A DNA stretch of 64,000 nt, taken from a bacterium. GTDB taxonomy: Bacteria; Omnitrophota; Gorgyraeia; Zapsychrales; Zapsychraceae. Location of the stretch: the NCBI GenBank assembly GCA_030429765.1, contig JAUIER010000003.1, positions 80,402-144,401 of the forward strand, read 5' to 3'. Positions 1 through 9,352 of this stretch are shown here, in pieces. Under the pieces are notes generated by a model, which worked only from the letters and a program-made list of their open reading frames with translations, was not told the origin of the DNA and made no database searches. Made by a program: the position numbers and the translations under genes. The stretch's first letter is position 1. Every line of letters begins with the position of its first letter.

Positions 1-474
1 CTGATCCGTCAGGTATCCGAAGCGGCCCAGGGACTGAATGCCGAAGTTTTTGTCACCACGTCGAGACGGACGCCACCGGCCATTGATCAATATCTCTTCC
101 GAAAGGTCAAGAAGGATCCAAGGTTTCCGTTGCTGATTCTGCCGAACCGTGAAGATGTACCCGAGGCCGTCGGCGGCATATTAGGACTGTGTGATATCCT
201 TATCGTGTCGGGCGACAGCATTTCGATGGTCTCGGAAGCGGCGAGTTCGGGAAAGAAGACTATCGTGTTTTTACCTAAGTTCCGTGATCCGTCCAGCCGA
301 AAATCATCCAAGCATTTCAAATTTGTAGAAGGACTGAACAAGCAAGGTTTTATCTTGTCCTCACGGACCAAGGACATCGGACAGGCCATCTTTGATATTG
401 CCAAGCAAAAGATCCACACACGTCCGCTCGATGAAAGTCCGCCCATTCTTGAATCCTTAAGAAAACTGATTTAA
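1..474 (+). CDS. 3' part of a gene entering from upstream of the window; GT-B-fold C-terminal region, resembling ELM1/DUF1022-type (alternatively LpxB/WaaA-like) glycosyltransferase-fold proteins
   Basis: Frame 1 is open from nt 1 to the stop at 472-474. Translation is ...LIRQVSEAAQGLNAEVFVTT...ILIVSGDSISMVSEAASSGKKTIVFLPKF... The ORF track shows only the internal-Met version (130..474). Confidence 0.35.
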   Translation: MIRQVSEAAQGLNAEVFVTTSRRTPPAIDQYLFRKVKKDPRFPLLILPNREDVPEAVGGILGLCDILIVSGDSISMVSEAASSGKKTIVFLPKFRDPSSRKSSKHFKFVEGLNKQGFILSSRTKDIGQAIFDIAKQKIHTRPLDESPPILESLRKLI

Positions 475-489
475 TCAGGAGAGAAGTGC

Positions 490-2583
490 ATGCGCGTTCT
501 ACAGATTTTACCCGAGCTCAATGTCGGGGGTGTAGAAACCGGAACCGTGGATTTTGCCGCCTACCTGGTTAACCACGGACACAAATCAGTGGTGATCTCT
601 AACGGCGGATCGATGGTTGAACGCCTGGAGGCGGAAGGATCCCGGCACTATCAGCTGCCAGTTCATCGCAAATCTTTTTTTACGGTCAGAAAAATGATCC
701 GGGCGGTCCGTGAGATTATCCGTCAGGAAAAGATTCAGATCGTACATGCCCGTTCGCGTATTCCGGCCTGGATCGCGTATTTTGCCTGCCGCAGCACGCG
801 AGCTTCCTTTATCACGACATGTCATGGATTTTATAGCAAGCCGATCTACAGTCAGGTGATGGGATGGCCCAAGCTGATCATTGTCCCGAGTGAGGTGATT
901 GCCCGGCATATGATCGAGACGTATAAAGTGTCGGCGGATCGTATTCGATGCATTCCGCGCAGTGTTGATCTCGAACGTTTCAAGGCGCCGCGTCGCCCGG
1001 AACGAAAGGACGGCAGCTGCACGATTGCGATTGTGGGGAGGATCACGGCCTTAAAAGGCCACACGTATTTTCTGCAGGCCATGGCCAAGGTTGTGCGGCA
1101 TATTCCTTATGCAAAGATATGGATTATCGGGGATGCGCCGAAAAAGAAATTGGCGTATCGAGAAGAATTGGAAACGCTGGTGAAACGATTGGGGTTGAGC
1201 CAGAATGTCGAGTTTTTGGGAAATCAACAGGATGTGCCGGGTTGTTTGAAGAAGGTTGATGTCCTGTGTTTCTCATCAACAGAGCCGGAATCATTCGGAC
1301 GCGCGATTGTCGAGGCGCAGGCGATGCGTGTTCCCGTTGTGGCCACGAGTGTGGGAGGCGTGGTGGATATTATTGAAGACGGACGAACCGGTTTTTTGGT
1401 GTTGCCCAAGGACCCGGACGCCATGGCGGACCGTGTGCTGAAGCTGGTGAACGATAAGGCGTTGGTCAAAAAGATGACCTCGGCGGCGCTCAAGAAGGTT
1501 CGGGAAAAGTATACCGTTGAACAGATGTCGGAGAGCACCCTGGCCGTCTACAAGGAGCTGCGGCGTTCATTTAATATACTCGTCATCAAGATCAGTTCGA
1601 TAGGTGATGTTGTCCTGGTGACGGCCTCCTTGAAGGCGCTCCGTGCAAAATTTCCTAAGTCGCCCATCAGTGTGTTTGTCGGACGGGAGTCCCGACGGAT
1701 ACTGGCCCAATGCCCGTATGTCGATGAAATAATTCCGTTCGATCACAAAGGCAAGCAAAAAGGATATCTGGAGCTGTGGCGGATGGGAAAGAAACTGCGC
1801 CGCATGCATTTCGACAAGGTTGTCGATTTTCAGAACAATCGAAAAAGTCATTTGCTGAGTTTTCTGACCATGGCCCCAGAAGCCTATGGATTTGACAATA
1901 AGAAATGGTCCCGGCTGCTGACCAATCCATTGAAGGATTATCGCAACGATATCCCGGCCGTGGAACATCAGTTTCAAATACTCAAGCGGTTGGGAATTGA
2001 ATATGATGACGATGTCCGGCTTGAACTGTGGCCGACAAAGACAGACGATGAGCATGTGCAGAAATTATTGGACCAGGAGTGGCTGGGCAACGCCAAGCAA
2101 ATCGTGGGGATAAATGTGTCGGCTTCCGAAAAATGGCCGAGTAAAAACTGGCCGGTTGAACACATTGTTGAGCTGTGTGACCGATTGGGGGCAGAGAATA
2201 TCAGAGTGGTGCTAACAGGTATGAAAAAGGATCGCGAAGTGGCCAAGGCGGTAAACACCAAGGCCAAGTCACGCCCGGCGAATCTCGCCGGACAGACGGA
2301 TATGATGCAGCTCGCGGCCCTGGTCCGTCGCTGTAATGTCTTTGTCACGCCGGATTCCGCGCCGCTGCATGTCTCGGCGGCCGTGGAGACACCTGTTGTG
2401 GCCTTATTCGGTCCGACTGATTCTGCACGTCATGTGCCGCCGGCCGATCAAATCAAGGTGTTGGAGACGCGTCCGGAATGCGCGCCATGCTACAGCGGGC
2501 AATGCCGTGTGAAAACGCATGTCTGCATGAAAGAAATCACCGTCGACGATGTCTATCGTGAGATTAAAAAATTAATGGCCTGA
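490..2583 (+). CDS. Bidomain glycosyltransferase: N-terminal GT4 (RfaG-like) domain fused to a C-terminal GT9 (ADP-heptose:LPS heptosyltransferase-like) domain
   Basis: 697-aa ORF. GT4 hallmark ...ESFGRAIVEAQAMRVPVVATSVGGVVDIIEDGRTGFLV (EX7E) lies in the first half. The GT9 N-terminal signature NILVIKISSIGDVVLVTASLKAL begins directly after the GT4 C-terminus. An SD-like AAGGAG (1552-1557) sits at the domain junction. Confidence 0.8.
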   Translation: MRVLQILPELNVGGVETGTVDFAAYLVNHGHKSVVISNGGSMVERLEAEGSRHYQLPVHRKSFFTVRKMIRAVREIIRQEKIQIVHARSRIPAWIAYFACRSTRASFITTCHGFYSKPIYSQVMGWPKLIIVPSEVIARHMIETYKVSADRIRCIPRSVDLERFKAPRRPERKDGSCTIAIVGRITALKGHTYFLQAMAKVVRHIPYAKIWIIGDAPKKKLAYREELETLVKRLGLSQNVEFLGNQQDVPGCLKKVDVLCFSSTEPESFGRAIVEAQAMRVPVVATSVGGVVDIIEDGRTGFLVLPKDPDAMADRVLKLVNDKALVKKMTSAALKKVREKYTVEQMSESTLAVYKELRRSFNILVIKISSIGDVVLVTASLKALRAKFPKSPISVFVGRESRRILAQCPYVDEIIPFDHKGKQKGYLELWRMGKKLRRMHFDKVVDFQNNRKSHLLSFLTMAPEAYGFDNKKWSRLLTNPLKDYRNDIPAVEHQFQILKRLGIEYDDDVRLELWPTKTDDEHVQKLLDQEWLGNAKQIVGINVSASEKWPSKNWPVEHIVELCDRLGAENIRVVLTGMKKDREVAKAVNTKAKSRPANLAGQTDMMQLAALVRRCNVFVTPDSAPLHVSAAVETPVVALFGPTDSARHVPPADQIKVLETRPECAPCYSGQCRVKTHVCMKEITVDDVYREIKKLMA

Positions 2584-2584
2584 T

Positions 2585-3679
2585 ATGAAGATATTGATAC
2601 TATCCACACACGTCAATACCGGCGGTATCACCAGTTATTTACTGACATTGTGCCAGGGCCTAATCAGGCAAGGGCATCAAATCTGGCTTGTGTCGAGCGG
2701 CGGCGATTGCGAGTCACGGTTTACGTCGATGGGGGTGACGATGATCCAGATGGATATTCGGACCAAGTCGGACTTGAGTCCAAAGATTTACGCGGCGGCT
2801 CCTAGGATTCGTCAATTGGTTGTCGATAACGGTATCGACATTCTCCACGCGCAGACGCGTGTCACCCAGGTGCTGGCGCGGCTGGTTCAGCGCTCAACGC
2901 AATGTGTGTATGTAGCCACCTGTCATGGATATTTCAAACGCCGCCTGAATCGACGCATCGCACCGTGCTGGGGTGATATGACCATCGCGATCAGCACCGC
3001 CGTGTATGAACATTTACTGGATGATTTTGAACTGGTCAGCGAACGTGTGTGCCTGATCGAGAATGGTATTGACACCGAGTATTATGCGCCGCTCTGTGAT
3101 GAACGCAAATCTCAGCAACGTCAGGCACTGGGACTTGATAACAGGAGGGTCGTCGGGACAATCGCGCGCCTCTCGGATGTCAAAGGGATCGATATTTTGA
3201 TCGAAGCCATGCCGCAGATTATGGATGCCGTTCCGGATGTGCATTGTGCCATCTTTGGACAAGGCAAAGAAGACGCCCCGCTTAAGGCGCTATGCCGTTC
3301 CCGGGGATTAGAGGACCGGATCACATTTTTTGACACGGTCAATGATACGGTGCAGTCTATGGGCGCGATCGATGTGTTTGTCATGCCCTCCCGACAGGAA
3401 GGATTAGGGTTGTCGGTGATGGAGGCACAATCCTGCGGTTGTCCGGTGGTGGCGACCAATGTCGGAGGTCTGCCGAGCCTTGTGATCGACGGACAAACAG
3501 GATTGCTTATTGAACCCGAGAGTCCGGAGGCGGTGGCGAATGCCGTGATCAAGCTGTTTAAAGATGACGATCTGTCCCAACGTCTCAGCGATAACGGACG
3601 GGATTTTATCCAAGCCAAATTTTCGGCCCGAGGGATGGTCGATAAAACGGCCGACTTGTATGCGAGGCTTTGCGCGTAA
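2585..3679 (+). CDS. GT4 family glycosyltransferase (RfaG/WaaG-like)
   Basis: MKILILSTHVNTGGITSYLL... and ...EGLGLSVMEAQSCGCPVVATNVGGLPSLVIDGQTGLL (EX7E motif); 1-nt spacing from the upstream gene. Confidence 0.85.
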   Translation: MKILILSTHVNTGGITSYLLTLCQGLIRQGHQIWLVSSGGDCESRFTSMGVTMIQMDIRTKSDLSPKIYAAAPRIRQLVVDNGIDILHAQTRVTQVLARLVQRSTQCVYVATCHGYFKRRLNRRIAPCWGDMTIAISTAVYEHLLDDFELVSERVCLIENGIDTEYYAPLCDERKSQQRQALGLDNRRVVGTIARLSDVKGIDILIEAMPQIMDAVPDVHCAIFGQGKEDAPLKALCRSRGLEDRITFFDTVNDTVQSMGAIDVFVMPSRQEGLGLSVMEAQSCGCPVVATNVGGLPSLVIDGQTGLLIEPESPEAVANAVIKLFKDDDLSQRLSDNGRDFIQAKFSARGMVDKTADLYARLCA

Positions 3680-3680
3680 C

Positions 3681-4703
3681 ATGAAAAATCTACTGGTGGT
3701 GAATGTTAACTGGTTAGGGGATGTGATTTTTTCCTCGCCTGTCTTTCGAGCGTTAAGAAAGTCATACCCTGACGCGCGAATCAGTTGTCTGGCCGTGCCG
3801 CGTGTGCGTGAGATCCTCGAATCCATTCAGGAGATTGATGACATCATCATCTATGACGAGGATGGACGTGACCGCAATCTGCTGTCCAAGTTTAGAATGG
3901 TGGGACGGCTGCGTCGGGAAAATTTTGATGCTGTCTTTTTACTATCGAAATCACGTTCACGCGCGTCGATGATGAAGTTGGCCGGCATTCCGGTCCGCGT
4001 GGGGTATGAAAATAAGAATCGAGGTCGCCTGTTGTCACATATTGCCGCGGGAGATGTGAACAGCATGCATCGAAGTGATTATTATCTAGGCGTTATTGAA
4101 GCGTTTGGTGTGGCTGTGGAAGATCGGAGCACCATCCTTGAAGCACGGGAGGAAGATTGTCACACAGTTCAACAAATGCTTAGCGATCAAGGACGTGATC
4201 CGTCGAAAAAATTGATTGCTCTCAACCCGGGGGGGAATTGGGATCTGAAGCGATGGCCGGCCGAAAATTTTGCGCGGCTCGCGGAACGTTTGAGTACCGA
4301 CAAGGAATTACAATTGGTCTTTACCGGCGCGGATAAAGATCGACCGCTGGTGGAGGATATTTTTCGGACAGCTAGTTTCGAAAGTAAGCCGATCAAACTA
4401 ACCGGACAGATGACTTTAAAGCAGCTGACGGCCTTGATGACATGTCTGGATGTCTTTGTCACCGCAGACTCAGGGCCGCTTCACATGGCCACAAGCGTTG
4501 GGTGCCCGACCGTGAGCGTCTTTGGGCCGACACGTCCGGAAATCACTGGTCCTCGCGGCACGGGACAAAATGTCACACTTCAGAAGGATGTCGGGTGCAA
4601 TCGCCGGGCCTGTTATCACTTGGAATGCCGAAACAATATCTGCATGCAGGCCGTAACCGTTGAGAACGTATATGAAGCCATTAAATCCATCCAGGATTCG
4701 TAG
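3681..4703 (+). CDS. GT9 family glycosyltransferase (heptosyltransferase-like)
   Basis: MKNLLVVNVNWLGDVIFSSPVFRALRKSYPDARISCLAVP... is the typical GT9 N-terminus. The ORF-track version (3564..) starts inside the previous gene. ATG at 3681 is the first start after the upstream stop (3677-3679). Confidence 0.8.
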   Translation: MKNLLVVNVNWLGDVIFSSPVFRALRKSYPDARISCLAVPRVREILESIQEIDDIIIYDEDGRDRNLLSKFRMVGRLRRENFDAVFLLSKSRSRASMMKLAGIPVRVGYENKNRGRLLSHIAAGDVNSMHRSDYYLGVIEAFGVAVEDRSTILEAREEDCHTVQQMLSDQGRDPSKKLIALNPGGNWDLKRWPAENFARLAERLSTDKELQLVFTGADKDRPLVEDIFRTASFESKPIKLTGQMTLKQLTALMTCLDVFVTADSGPLHMATSVGCPTVSVFGPTRPEITGPRGTGQNVTLQKDVGCNRRACYHLECRNNICMQAVTVENVYEAIKSIQDS

Positions 4704-5664
4704 AATTCTGATTATTTCATTGTCGAATATCGGTGATGTGATCTTGACGCTGCCGGTTGCTGATATATTACGCCGTGATTTCCCGGACGCGAAAATCTCG
4801 ATTGTCGTCGGGCCCAAGGTGAAGTCGTTGTTTAAGAATACGCAGGCCTTTGAACATGTGATCCCCTACAATAAACATCAATCTGTCGGCGAGAAGTTTA
4901 AGTGGATCATGAAACTGCGCAAATACCGATTTGATCTGGTGGTGGACTTGAGAAACTCGGCGATTCCATTTTTACTGTCACCCAAATATCGAACGCCTGT
5001 GGATATTTCATCCAAAAAATCCATACATATGCGGCTCAAGCATCTGAAGCGATTACGAACAGTTCATCCATTTACCGATGATCGTGCGCAGCCCCAAAGT
5101 CTTTACGTCTCAGACGACGACCGGCAGTTTGTGGATGAGACGTTGGAAAAATATGTGGGAGCGTCCAAACCTTTCGTGGTGATGTCGCCTGGATCAGCCG
5201 ATCAGGCCAAGCGCTGGTCCAAGAAGGGATTCGCCGAGGTTGCTGAATTCCTGACGCAGGAACACGGATTAAAAACCGTCTTCGTCGGTGATCGGGAGGA
5301 TCGGCAGGTTGTGCAGGCGATACGCAAACTTATGGACAGCGAACCGGTGGATTTATGCGGCCGCACGACGCTGATTCAAACAGCCGAGATTGTCCGTCGC
5401 AGCCGGATGGCTTTGGTCAACGATAGCGCTGTGCAACATTTGGCCAGTTATCTGGATGTGCCGGTGTTGGCCATTTTTGGCTATACCGATCCGCTCAAGT
5501 ATGGACCGTGGGGAACCCGCGGCGGATATCTGCAACCCCATGGCGTGGCCGGCAAAACTGAAGGGACGACCGAGGAGCGCGTGGCCTTAATCGAGAGTGT
5601 TCGGCCGGCGGATGTGATCCGCTGCATACAAATGCGCGAATCGGGTGTCAGGTTTTTGTTATGA
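4672..5664 (+). CDS. GT9 family glycosyltransferase (heptosyltransferase-like)
   Basis: MKPLNPSRIRRILIISLSNIGDVILTLPVADILRRDFPDAKISIVVGP... An alternative start at 4660 is possible. The gene overlaps the upstream GT9 gene end. Confidence 0.75.
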   Translation: MKPLNPSRIRRILIISLSNIGDVILTLPVADILRRDFPDAKISIVVGPKVKSLFKNTQAFEHVIPYNKHQSVGEKFKWIMKLRKYRFDLVVDLRNSAIPFLLSPKYRTPVDISSKKSIHMRLKHLKRLRTVHPFTDDRAQPQSLYVSDDDRQFVDETLEKYVGASKPFVVMSPGSADQAKRWSKKGFAEVAEFLTQEHGLKTVFVGDREDRQVVQAIRKLMDSEPVDLCGRTTLIQTAEIVRRSRMALVNDSAVQHLASYLDVPVLAIFGYTDPLKYGPWGTRGGYLQPHGVAGKTEGTTEERVALIESVRPADVIRCIQMRESGVRFLL

Positions 5665-6707
5665 CGCAGACGTTCAAGAATATTTTAATCATCCGGACGG
5701 ATCGTATCGGAGATGTGGTCCTGACAACACCATCGATCAAGGCGGTGCGAAAGGCCTATCCCGACGCTCGACTGTGTGTTCTGCTGGCACCTTTAACCTA
5801 TGATCTGCTAAACGGGATTGGTTTTGTCGACCGGCTATTCGTCGATGATCGACGGGGAGAGCACGCGGGAAATCTAGGTTTTTTCAAATTGGTCCGAAAA
5901 ATTCGACGGGAACGATTTGACCTGGTGATTAATTATCACACCAAGAAGCGTACAAATTTGATGGCGTTTCTGGCGGGCGTTCCGTACCGGTTGGGTTATC
6001 GCAACAACAAATGGGGCTTTTTATTGAATCATCCCGTCGAAGATTATCGTCATGAAGGTTTAAAGCACGAGGCCGCCTACTGTTTAGACCTGCTTAATGA
6101 GATCGGCATCAGCGATGCTGAATTAACTCCCGAAATCGCCTTGCTCGACGAATCCGTGGCCTGGGTCGATGATTTTCTGGGGCTTAACCAGATTGACGCG
6201 GGGGACAAGCTGATCGTGATTCATCCGTCGGCCAGCGATCCGGCCAAACAGTGGCCCGCCGAAAATTTTGTTGAACTGATCAACACCCTGGGAACGCGCA
6301 ACGCCGAACTCAAATTTGCCGTGATTGGAACGGCGGCCAATAGATCGCTGGCTGCTTCGATCGTCAAAGGCACCCGGCCGAAGGTGCTCGACACCACGGG
6401 TCTGCTGTCACTTAGCCAGATGGTCGCGCTCCTCAAGCGGGCCGATCTGCTGATATCCAATGATTCAGGGCCGGTTCATGTGGCCGCCGCCCTTCAAACA
6501 CCGGTGATATCCATCTTTACCCGGAATCAACCCGGGATCAATCCCACACGTTGGCAACCGCTTGGAGAGAGGTCGGCGTACGTAAGTGTTGATGCCGATC
6601 ACTCCAAATCCTTCAAAAAAGCCCAGAATTACGACCCAAAATCCATGCAACCGATTGCCGTTCAGACGGTTTTGCAAGCAGTTGACGCCCTTTGTAAACT
6701 ATGCTAG
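5661..6707 (+). CDS. GT9 family glycosyltransferase (heptosyltransferase-like)
   Basis: MTQTFKNILIIRTDRIGDVVLTTPSIKAVRKAYPDARLCVLLAP...; 4-nt overlap with the upstream gene. Confidence 0.8.
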   Translation: MTQTFKNILIIRTDRIGDVVLTTPSIKAVRKAYPDARLCVLLAPLTYDLLNGIGFVDRLFVDDRRGEHAGNLGFFKLVRKIRRERFDLVINYHTKKRTNLMAFLAGVPYRLGYRNNKWGFLLNHPVEDYRHEGLKHEAAYCLDLLNEIGISDAELTPEIALLDESVAWVDDFLGLNQIDAGDKLIVIHPSASDPAKQWPAENFVELINTLGTRNAELKFAVIGTAANRSLAASIVKGTRPKVLDTTGLLSLSQMVALLKRADLLISNDSGPVHVAAALQTPVISIFTRNQPGINPTRWQPLGERSAYVSVDADHSKSFKKAQNYDPKSMQPIAVQTVLQAVDALCKLC

Positions 6708-6769
6708 AATCGTTAGTTTCTTCATATCTAAATACCTAATTTTATTATAAATACTAGTAGCGCAAGCAG

Positions 6770-7798
6770 ATGAGCACCTTCAGGACAATTCTATCCAAGT
6801 TTAATCAGCAATCAATTCTCGTCGTTGGAGATTTAATCCTCGATCAGTACCTCCAGGGGTCGGTCAGCCGGATTTCGCCTGAGGCGCCGGTGCCGGTGGT
6901 TCTGCAGAAGAAGGCCTTCAACACTCCCGGCGGGGCGGCCAATGTGGCCAATAACCTGGCCGGACTCAAGGCCAAGGTCTCTATGCTCGGGATCGTGGGG
7001 GACGATGCCGAGGGGAAGTTGCTGGTCCAGTCCCTGAAGAAGAAAAAAATCCGTGTCCAGGCGATCTATACTGATTCCAATCGTCCAACCATCACCAAGA
7101 CGCGCGTGTTGGCTCAGAATCAGCAAATCGTGCGAATCGACAAAGAAGATATCGACAAGCCGATCCACAAAAACATCACCAAGAAATTGTTTGATTATCT
7201 GACTCGAAACATCGAGAAATTTGATGCGGTGATCCTGTCTGACTACGGCAAGGGACTGCTAACACCGGAATTGTCGCAGCATGCGGTCTCACTCGCGCTT
7301 AAGCATAAAAAAATTGTGACGGTTGATCCCAAGGTTGAGCATTTTGGTTACTATCGTCATGCGACGGCAATTACGCCGAACCTGGCCGAGACAGAGAATG
7401 CCATTCGCAGCATTAAAGTCACATCACCTCAACTATCCGCCAAGCTGGGCGTCGATTCGGATAAACTCAAAACTGATGAACAGATTGACCTGGCCGGCAA
7501 AGAGCTATTGAAATGTCTGGATCTTGATTCACTATTGGTTACATTGAGCGAACGCGGGATGCGGTTATTTGAACGCGGTAAAAAGCCGGTCTCCATCAAG
7601 ACCAAGGCCAAGGCCGTCTATGACGTGACCGGGGCGGGCGATGCGGTTATTTCAGTTTTTACATTGGCCATGGCCGCCGGGGCCACAAAACATCAGGCCG
7701 CCGATTTGTCGAATTTCGGCGCGGGTATCGTTGTTGGCAAGTTAGGGGCCGTCGCCCTCGAGAAGAAAGAACTGGCAGAGGCCGTTAAGGGACATTAG
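6770..7798 (+). CDS. hldA: D-glycero-beta-D-manno-heptose-7-phosphate kinase (RfaE domain I, pfkB-family sugar kinase; kinase domain only)
   Basis: ...ILVVGDLILDQYLQGSVSRISPEAPVPVVL...NTPGGAANVANNLAGL... plus the C-terminal GAGDAV motif. The 342-aa length matches the kinase half of HldE only. Confidence 0.8.
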   Translation: MSTFRTILSKFNQQSILVVGDLILDQYLQGSVSRISPEAPVPVVLQKKAFNTPGGAANVANNLAGLKAKVSMLGIVGDDAEGKLLVQSLKKKKIRVQAIYTDSNRPTITKTRVLAQNQQIVRIDKEDIDKPIHKNITKKLFDYLTRNIEKFDAVILSDYGKGLLTPELSQHAVSLALKHKKIVTVDPKVEHFGYYRHATAITPNLAETENAIRSIKVTSPQLSAKLGVDSDKLKTDEQIDLAGKELLKCLDLDSLLVTLSERGMRLFERGKKPVSIKTKAKAVYDVTGAGDAVISVFTLAMAAGATKHQAADLSNFGAGIVVGKLGAVALEKKELAEAVKGH

Positions 7799-8530
7799 AT
7801 GCGCACGATTGCGGTAATACCGGCACGGTATCATTCCACCCGTTTTGAAGCCAAGGTTTTGGCGATCATCGACGGGAAACCGATGATTCAGCATGTGTAC
7901 GAACGGACGCGGCAATCCCAGCGCGTCGATGATGTGATCATTGCGTGTGATCATCCGGACGTTCAGCAAGCGGCCGAAGCGTTCGGCGCGCGAGCGGTGA
8001 TGACCGATCCCAACCATGCGTCGGGATCCGATCGAATTGCTGAAGCCGTGAAAAACATTTCGTGTGACGTGGTCGTCAATGTTCAGGGAGACGAACCGCT
8101 GATCCAGCCGCAAGTGATCGATGCATTGGTCGACGCGATGTCCGGCAAGGACAATCACGTGATGGCCACGGTGGTGACCGCGATCCGTGACGATGCCGAG
8201 ATTGATGATCCGAATGTGGTCAAAGCTGTTATCAATGCAAAAGGCGAGGCGCTCTATTTTTCGCGATCCCGTATTCCGTATCAACGGAATGCCGTGGGCC
8301 AGATATACTACAAACATTTAGGCATTTATGCCTACACCAGGGAATTTCTTTTAACGTACACACAAATGCCCAAGTCTAAACTGGAGCTCACCGAATCGCT
8401 CGAGCAGCTGCGGGTCTTGGATGCCGGATACCGAATCAAAACCATCGAGACGGACCAATCATCAATCGGCGTTGATTGTCCCGAAGATTTAGTCAAAGTT
8501 GAAGCCGCCATCAGGAAGCAGGAGTCATGA
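7799..8530 (+). CDS. kdsB: 3-deoxy-manno-octulosonate cytidylyltransferase (CMP-Kdo synthetase)
   Basis: MRTIAVIPARYHSTRFEAKVLAIIDGKPMIQHVYERT...; start adjoins the hldA stop. Confidence 0.9.
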   Translation: MRTIAVIPARYHSTRFEAKVLAIIDGKPMIQHVYERTRQSQRVDDVIIACDHPDVQQAAEAFGARAVMTDPNHASGSDRIAEAVKNISCDVVVNVQGDEPLIQPQVIDALVDAMSGKDNHVMATVVTAIRDDAEIDDPNVVKAVINAKGEALYFSRSRIPYQRNAVGQIYYKHLGIYAYTREFLLTYTQMPKSKLELTESLEQLRVLDAGYRIKTIETDQSSIGVDCPEDLVKVEAAIRKQES

Positions 8531-9348
8531 CCAAACAGATCCAAATCCATAACGTCAAAATCGGACGTCGCAATCCATTTGTTTTAATCGCCGGACCATG
8601 TGTTATCGAGGGCCGGCAAATCACCATGAAGATCGCCGGTCGTCTGAAGAAGATCACCAGCAAACTGGGAATTCCGCTGGTCTTCAAGGCCAGTTATGAC
8701 AAAGCCAATCGTACATCGATCAATTCGCATCGCGGTCCCGGGATCAGTGAGGGGTTGGACATCCTAGCCGAGATCAAGGCTAAGTATGATGTCCCGATCG
8801 TGAGTGATGTGCATAACATCGGGGAGATCGATCAGGCCGCGAAGGTGCTGGATATCCTGCAGATTCCGGCCTTTCTGTGCCGGCAGACCGATCTGCTTGT
8901 ATGCGCGGGCAGCACCGGACGTGTCGTGAATATCAAAAAAGGACAGTTTGTGGCCCCGGAAAATATGAACCAGGCCGTGTCCAAAGTCGAGAGCACCGGC
9001 AACAAAAAGATAATGCTCACCGAACGCGGTGTGAGTTTCGGGTACAATGCGCTGGTCACCGATTTTCGGTCGATACCGATCATGCAGGAATTCGGCTATC
9101 CGGTGATCCTGGACGCGTCCCACAGTGTTCAGCAGCCCGGCGGATTGGGCAATGCGTCCGGCGGACGAAGTGAGTTCATTCCGATGTTTGCCCGATGCGG
9201 GGTCGCCGCGGGATGTGACGGGATATTTATGGAAGTGCACTCAGATCCATCCCAAGCCTTGTCGGATGGTCCCAATATGCTTCCACTTAACAAACTCGAA
9301 AAATTACTGGTCCAGCTCAAGGCGCTGGATCAAATCGTGAAAAAGTAA
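8527..9348 (+). CDS. kdsA: 2-dehydro-3-deoxyphosphooctonate aldolase (Kdo8P synthase)
   Basis: ...NPFVLIAGPCVIEGRQ...LVFKASYDKANRTS...; 4-nt overlap with kdsB. Confidence 0.9.
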   Translation: MTKQIQIHNVKIGRRNPFVLIAGPCVIEGRQITMKIAGRLKKITSKLGIPLVFKASYDKANRTSINSHRGPGISEGLDILAEIKAKYDVPIVSDVHNIGEIDQAAKVLDILQIPAFLCRQTDLLVCAGSTGRVVNIKKGQFVAPENMNQAVSKVESTGNKKIMLTERGVSFGYNALVTDFRSIPIMQEFGYPVILDASHSVQQPGGLGNASGGRSEFIPMFARCGVAAGCDGIFMEVHSDPSQALSDGPNMLPLNKLEKLLVQLKALDQIVKK

Positions 9349-9352
9349 ACAG

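Noticed and set aside
3564-3680. 5' extensions of ORF-track entries (3564, 10623, 17453, 21460, 46941, 19931) overlapping the preceding genes
   Set aside because: The recognisable family N-termini begin at downstream ATGs (3681, 10830, 17543, 21535, 46980, 19973) located right after the upstream stops, and the extensions have no homology-like sequence.
4442-4663. 73-aa + strand ORF in an alternative frame inside the GT9 gene
   Set aside because: It is fully nested in a gene with clear GT9 homology in another frame, and has Arg/Cys-rich composition typical of an out-of-frame translation.
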